Source: Octopus sinensis
Taxonomy: Eukaryota
DNA length: 64,000 bases
Assembly (NCBI RefSeq): GCF_006345805.1
Contig: NC_043012.1
Location: 57,474,001-57,538,000, forward strand
Direction: 5' to 3'
In this document: piece after piece, positions 61,090 to 64,000 of the stretch
Layout: the number at the start of each line of letters is the position of its first letter
How positions within the stretch are numbered: the stretch's first letter is position 1
Position numbers and translations under genes: made by a program
The notes under the pieces: generated by a model
Told to the model about the DNA's origin: nothing
The model's database searches: none
The model's input: the letters and a program-made list of their open reading frames with translations, nothing else

Positions 61090-61154
61090 TTAGGTGTATA
61101 TATATATATGTGTGTGTGTAGGTGTGTATATATATATATGTGTGTGTGTAGGTG

Positions 61155-61189
<35 letters not shown>

Positions 61190-61233
61190 AGGTGTATATA
61201 TATATATATATATATATAATGTGTGTGTAGGTG

Positions 61234-61268
<35 letters not shown>

Positions 61269-61300
61269 AGGTGTATATATATATAGATAGATAGATAAAT
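60831..61300. repeat. Compound (GT)n/(AT)n microsatellite with recurring 'taggtgta' node
   Basis: Seen directly; source of the His/Thr/Ile/Tyr ORFs. Confidence 0.95.
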
Positions 61301-62437
61301 GTGTATATACACACATGTGCAATACATACATACACGAGACATCATATACGCATGCACTTTCCATCTTTCTGTGTGTCTGTCTGCCTGCTTCTCTCTCTTT
61401 CCCTCTGACATATATTCATTGGCAAAAAGCCAGACATAGAACAGTTCTGTTCAATCGATCCTTGTATTTTATAGTGTCTGCCACACCCGTATGATTTTTT
61501 TTTTCTCAATATAGGCACAAGACCACACATTTTTTTTTAGGAGTGGTAATGTAATCAATGTCATCGATTCCTCTACGTGATTAGCACATATTTTATCGAT
61601 CCTGAAAACAGGAAAAAAAAAAGAAAAAAGAAAAAAGAAAAAAAAAAGAAAATTCGAACCCGTCGATCCCGACGTGTTTTTGAACTCAGAACCTAAGCGA
61701 ATGAAACTAAAACACTTGTAAGACAGTTTTTAAAAAATTTGTCTGACACTTTATACTTTTTTTGTGTTTTTTCTTTCTTTTTTTTTTTTTTTTTTTTTTT
61801 TTGGTATACCACCTCCACCTTGTTTCATCAATTAATTATAGCATGGACAGGTATTTATGGATGCTGCTGCTATCACTTATATATAAAGACAAACTGTCTC
61901 TATCTTCATCAATACTAATTTGCGATGGTGTTCTCTCTACTAATAAAGGACGAAAAAAAACAAAAAAAAAACATAGTAACTGGAAAGAAAGATGGAGGAG
62001 GTTGAATGCTAAAAGGGTTTAACAAAAGAAACTGTTGTAAGCTATTGTTTGTTGTTCGCCGTGAATCTCTCGTGTAATAAAATGTTTAACTGGATGTGTA
62101 TAATACAACAGAGATCAAAGATTAGTACACAGTTATTGATTAGAGCCTGACCCTATTCAAACGTTGCCTTTTCTTCCTCTTATTTCATTTATTTATTTAT
62201 TTATTACCCTATCCTATCCATCCCGTTCCTTTTCTATGTATACGATTCTATAATAAATAGAGAACCGCTTTATCTTTATCTTCGTACTTGGGTGAAATGA
62301 ACCTGATATCAAACGTATATTGCCTTATGACCAGCTCTATATAATAATAATAATAATAATAGTTGATCGTGTCAGTCAGGAAGGCTTGTCGATTATCGAC
62401 CTAACGTCCGAAAGGTTTGATGAAGATAATAACAATG

Positions 62438-63080
62438 GTTTCAAATTTTGCCACAAGGGCAGCATTTTGTGTGGGGAGGGGGATGAGTCGATTACATCAA
62501 CCCTAGTTTTCAACTGGTACTTAATTTATCGACCCCGAAAGGATAAAAGGTAAAGTCGACCTCGGCGGAATTTGAACTCAGAACGTAGTGACGGGCGAAA
62601 TACTTTTTTTTTTTACTACCCACAAGGGGCTAAACACAGAGGGGACAAAACAAGGACAGACAAACAGATTAAGTCGATTACATCGACCCCAGTGCGTGAC
62701 TGGTACTTAATTTATCGACCCCGAAAGGATGAAAGGCAAAGTCGACCTCGGCGGAATTTGAACTCAGGACGTAGTGACGGGCTAAATACCTATTTTTTTT
62801 ACTACCCACAAGGGGCTAAACACAGAGGGGACAAACAAGGACAGACAAACGGATTAAGTCGATTACATCGACCCCAGTGCGTGACTGGTACTTAATTTAT
62901 CGACCCCGAAAGGATGAAAGGCAAAGTCGACCTTGGCGGAATATGAACTCAGAACGTAACGGCTGACGAAATACCGCTAAGCACTTCGCCCGGCGTGCTA
63001 ACGTTTCTGCCAGCTCGCCGCCTTTGACGGGCGAAATACCGCTAAGCATTTCGTCCAGTGTGCTAACGATTATACCGGCT
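62438..63080 (-). mobile_element. SINE family B self-nested array
   Basis: Three 'ttatcgaccccgaaaggat...ggcggaat' blocks; direct repeat tgacgggcgaaatac at 62589-62603 and 63025-63039. Confidence 0.85.
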
Positions 63081-63116
63081 TACTAATACTACTAATAATG
63101 ATGATTATTATTATTA

Positions 63117-63690
63117 AGGCGGTGTGCTGGCAGAATCGTTTGTACGCCGAACAAAGTGCTTAGCGGCATTTCTTCGGTCTTATGTTCTGAGCTCAAACAC
63201 TGGGATTGATGCAATCGACTAGGCTCTTCCCCGCCAAATTCTAGGCCTTGTGCCAATAGTAGAAAGGCGGTAAGCTGGCAGAATCGTTAGCGCTTCAGAC
63301 AAAATGCTCAGCGGTATTTCTTCCGTTTTTACGTTCGGAGTTCAAATATAGCTTGATTTAGGCTTTCATACTCTTGGAGTCAATAAAATGAATACCAGTT
63401 GTAGACTGGGTGGGGTTCGATATTTTCGACTTCCCCCCACCTCTCAAATGGATGGCCTTGTACCAAAATTTGAGAGAATTATTATCATTCACGTGGCTAG
63501 CTCGCAGAATCGTTAACCCGTGGGGAAAAATGCTTAGCGGTATTATTTTTTTTTCTGCTCTTTTCGTTGAGTTCAAATTTTGCCGGGGTATACTCTGCTT
63601 TCTATCCTTTCGGGGTTGCGATAAAATAAATGCAAGTCAAGTACAGAGGTCAATGCAATCAGCTTTCTCCCATCCAAATTCGAAACAGGT
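63117..63690. mobile_element. Further diverged SINE family B copies in both orientations
   Basis: Heads 'aaggcggt..gctggcagaatcgtt' at about 63117, 63264 and 63495. Confidence 0.7.
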
Positions 63691-64000
63691 TTTGTAACCT
63701 ACTAATCGTGTTTCCAGTTCAAGTCTATCCATAGCTAAATTTTCTTAACTAACCCTCCCCAATCTCTCTTCTCTGTTGCCATAAGTTTTCGCCCAAGTGC
63801 AAAAATCTCCAACATGCTTCCAACTGCATATTTCACAAAGGGAATCTTAATAAATCGTGCAGTCTTCGGTTGAATTATTCAACGCAAAAATGCAAATTTT
63901 TCCTAACTAAATGCAACAGATGATATTCAATGTCGAACGAAACGCTAATAATTTTCATCTTAGACATCATTATATGTTAATTGTGAGTCTATCAGATATA

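Overview
AT-rich, repeat-saturated animal genomic DNA with no host protein-coding exon that I can support. The SINE set and microsatellite load suggest an octopus/cephalopod genome (inference, not verified). Contents: (1) five short retroposon families with tRNA-like heads, called A-E here; (2) a young 5'-truncated RTE LINE (27.6-30.1 kb) with a C4HC3 PHD-type finger inside its RT, plus many 3'-end fragments; (3) decayed CR1-group LINE, Ty3/Gypsy pol, Tc1 (DD34E) and Penelope-like RT remnants; (4) non-autonomous Helitrons and mariner- and piggyBac-type MITEs, often nested; (5) a 3.5-kb 26-bp minisatellite derived from the RTE 3' UTR. The most notable signal is a set of type I hammerhead ribozyme motifs in five unrelated small elements. 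One is a tRNA-headed SINE carrying a hammerhead, inserted as a TSD-flanked head-to-head dimer. Another has a non-canonical CUGUCGA core in two copies. Together they suggest Penelope-mobilised, ribozyme-bearing mini-elements, several of which sit in (TA)n tracts. All coordinates were read by eye, and repeat boundaries are approximate unless TSDs or TIRs are given.
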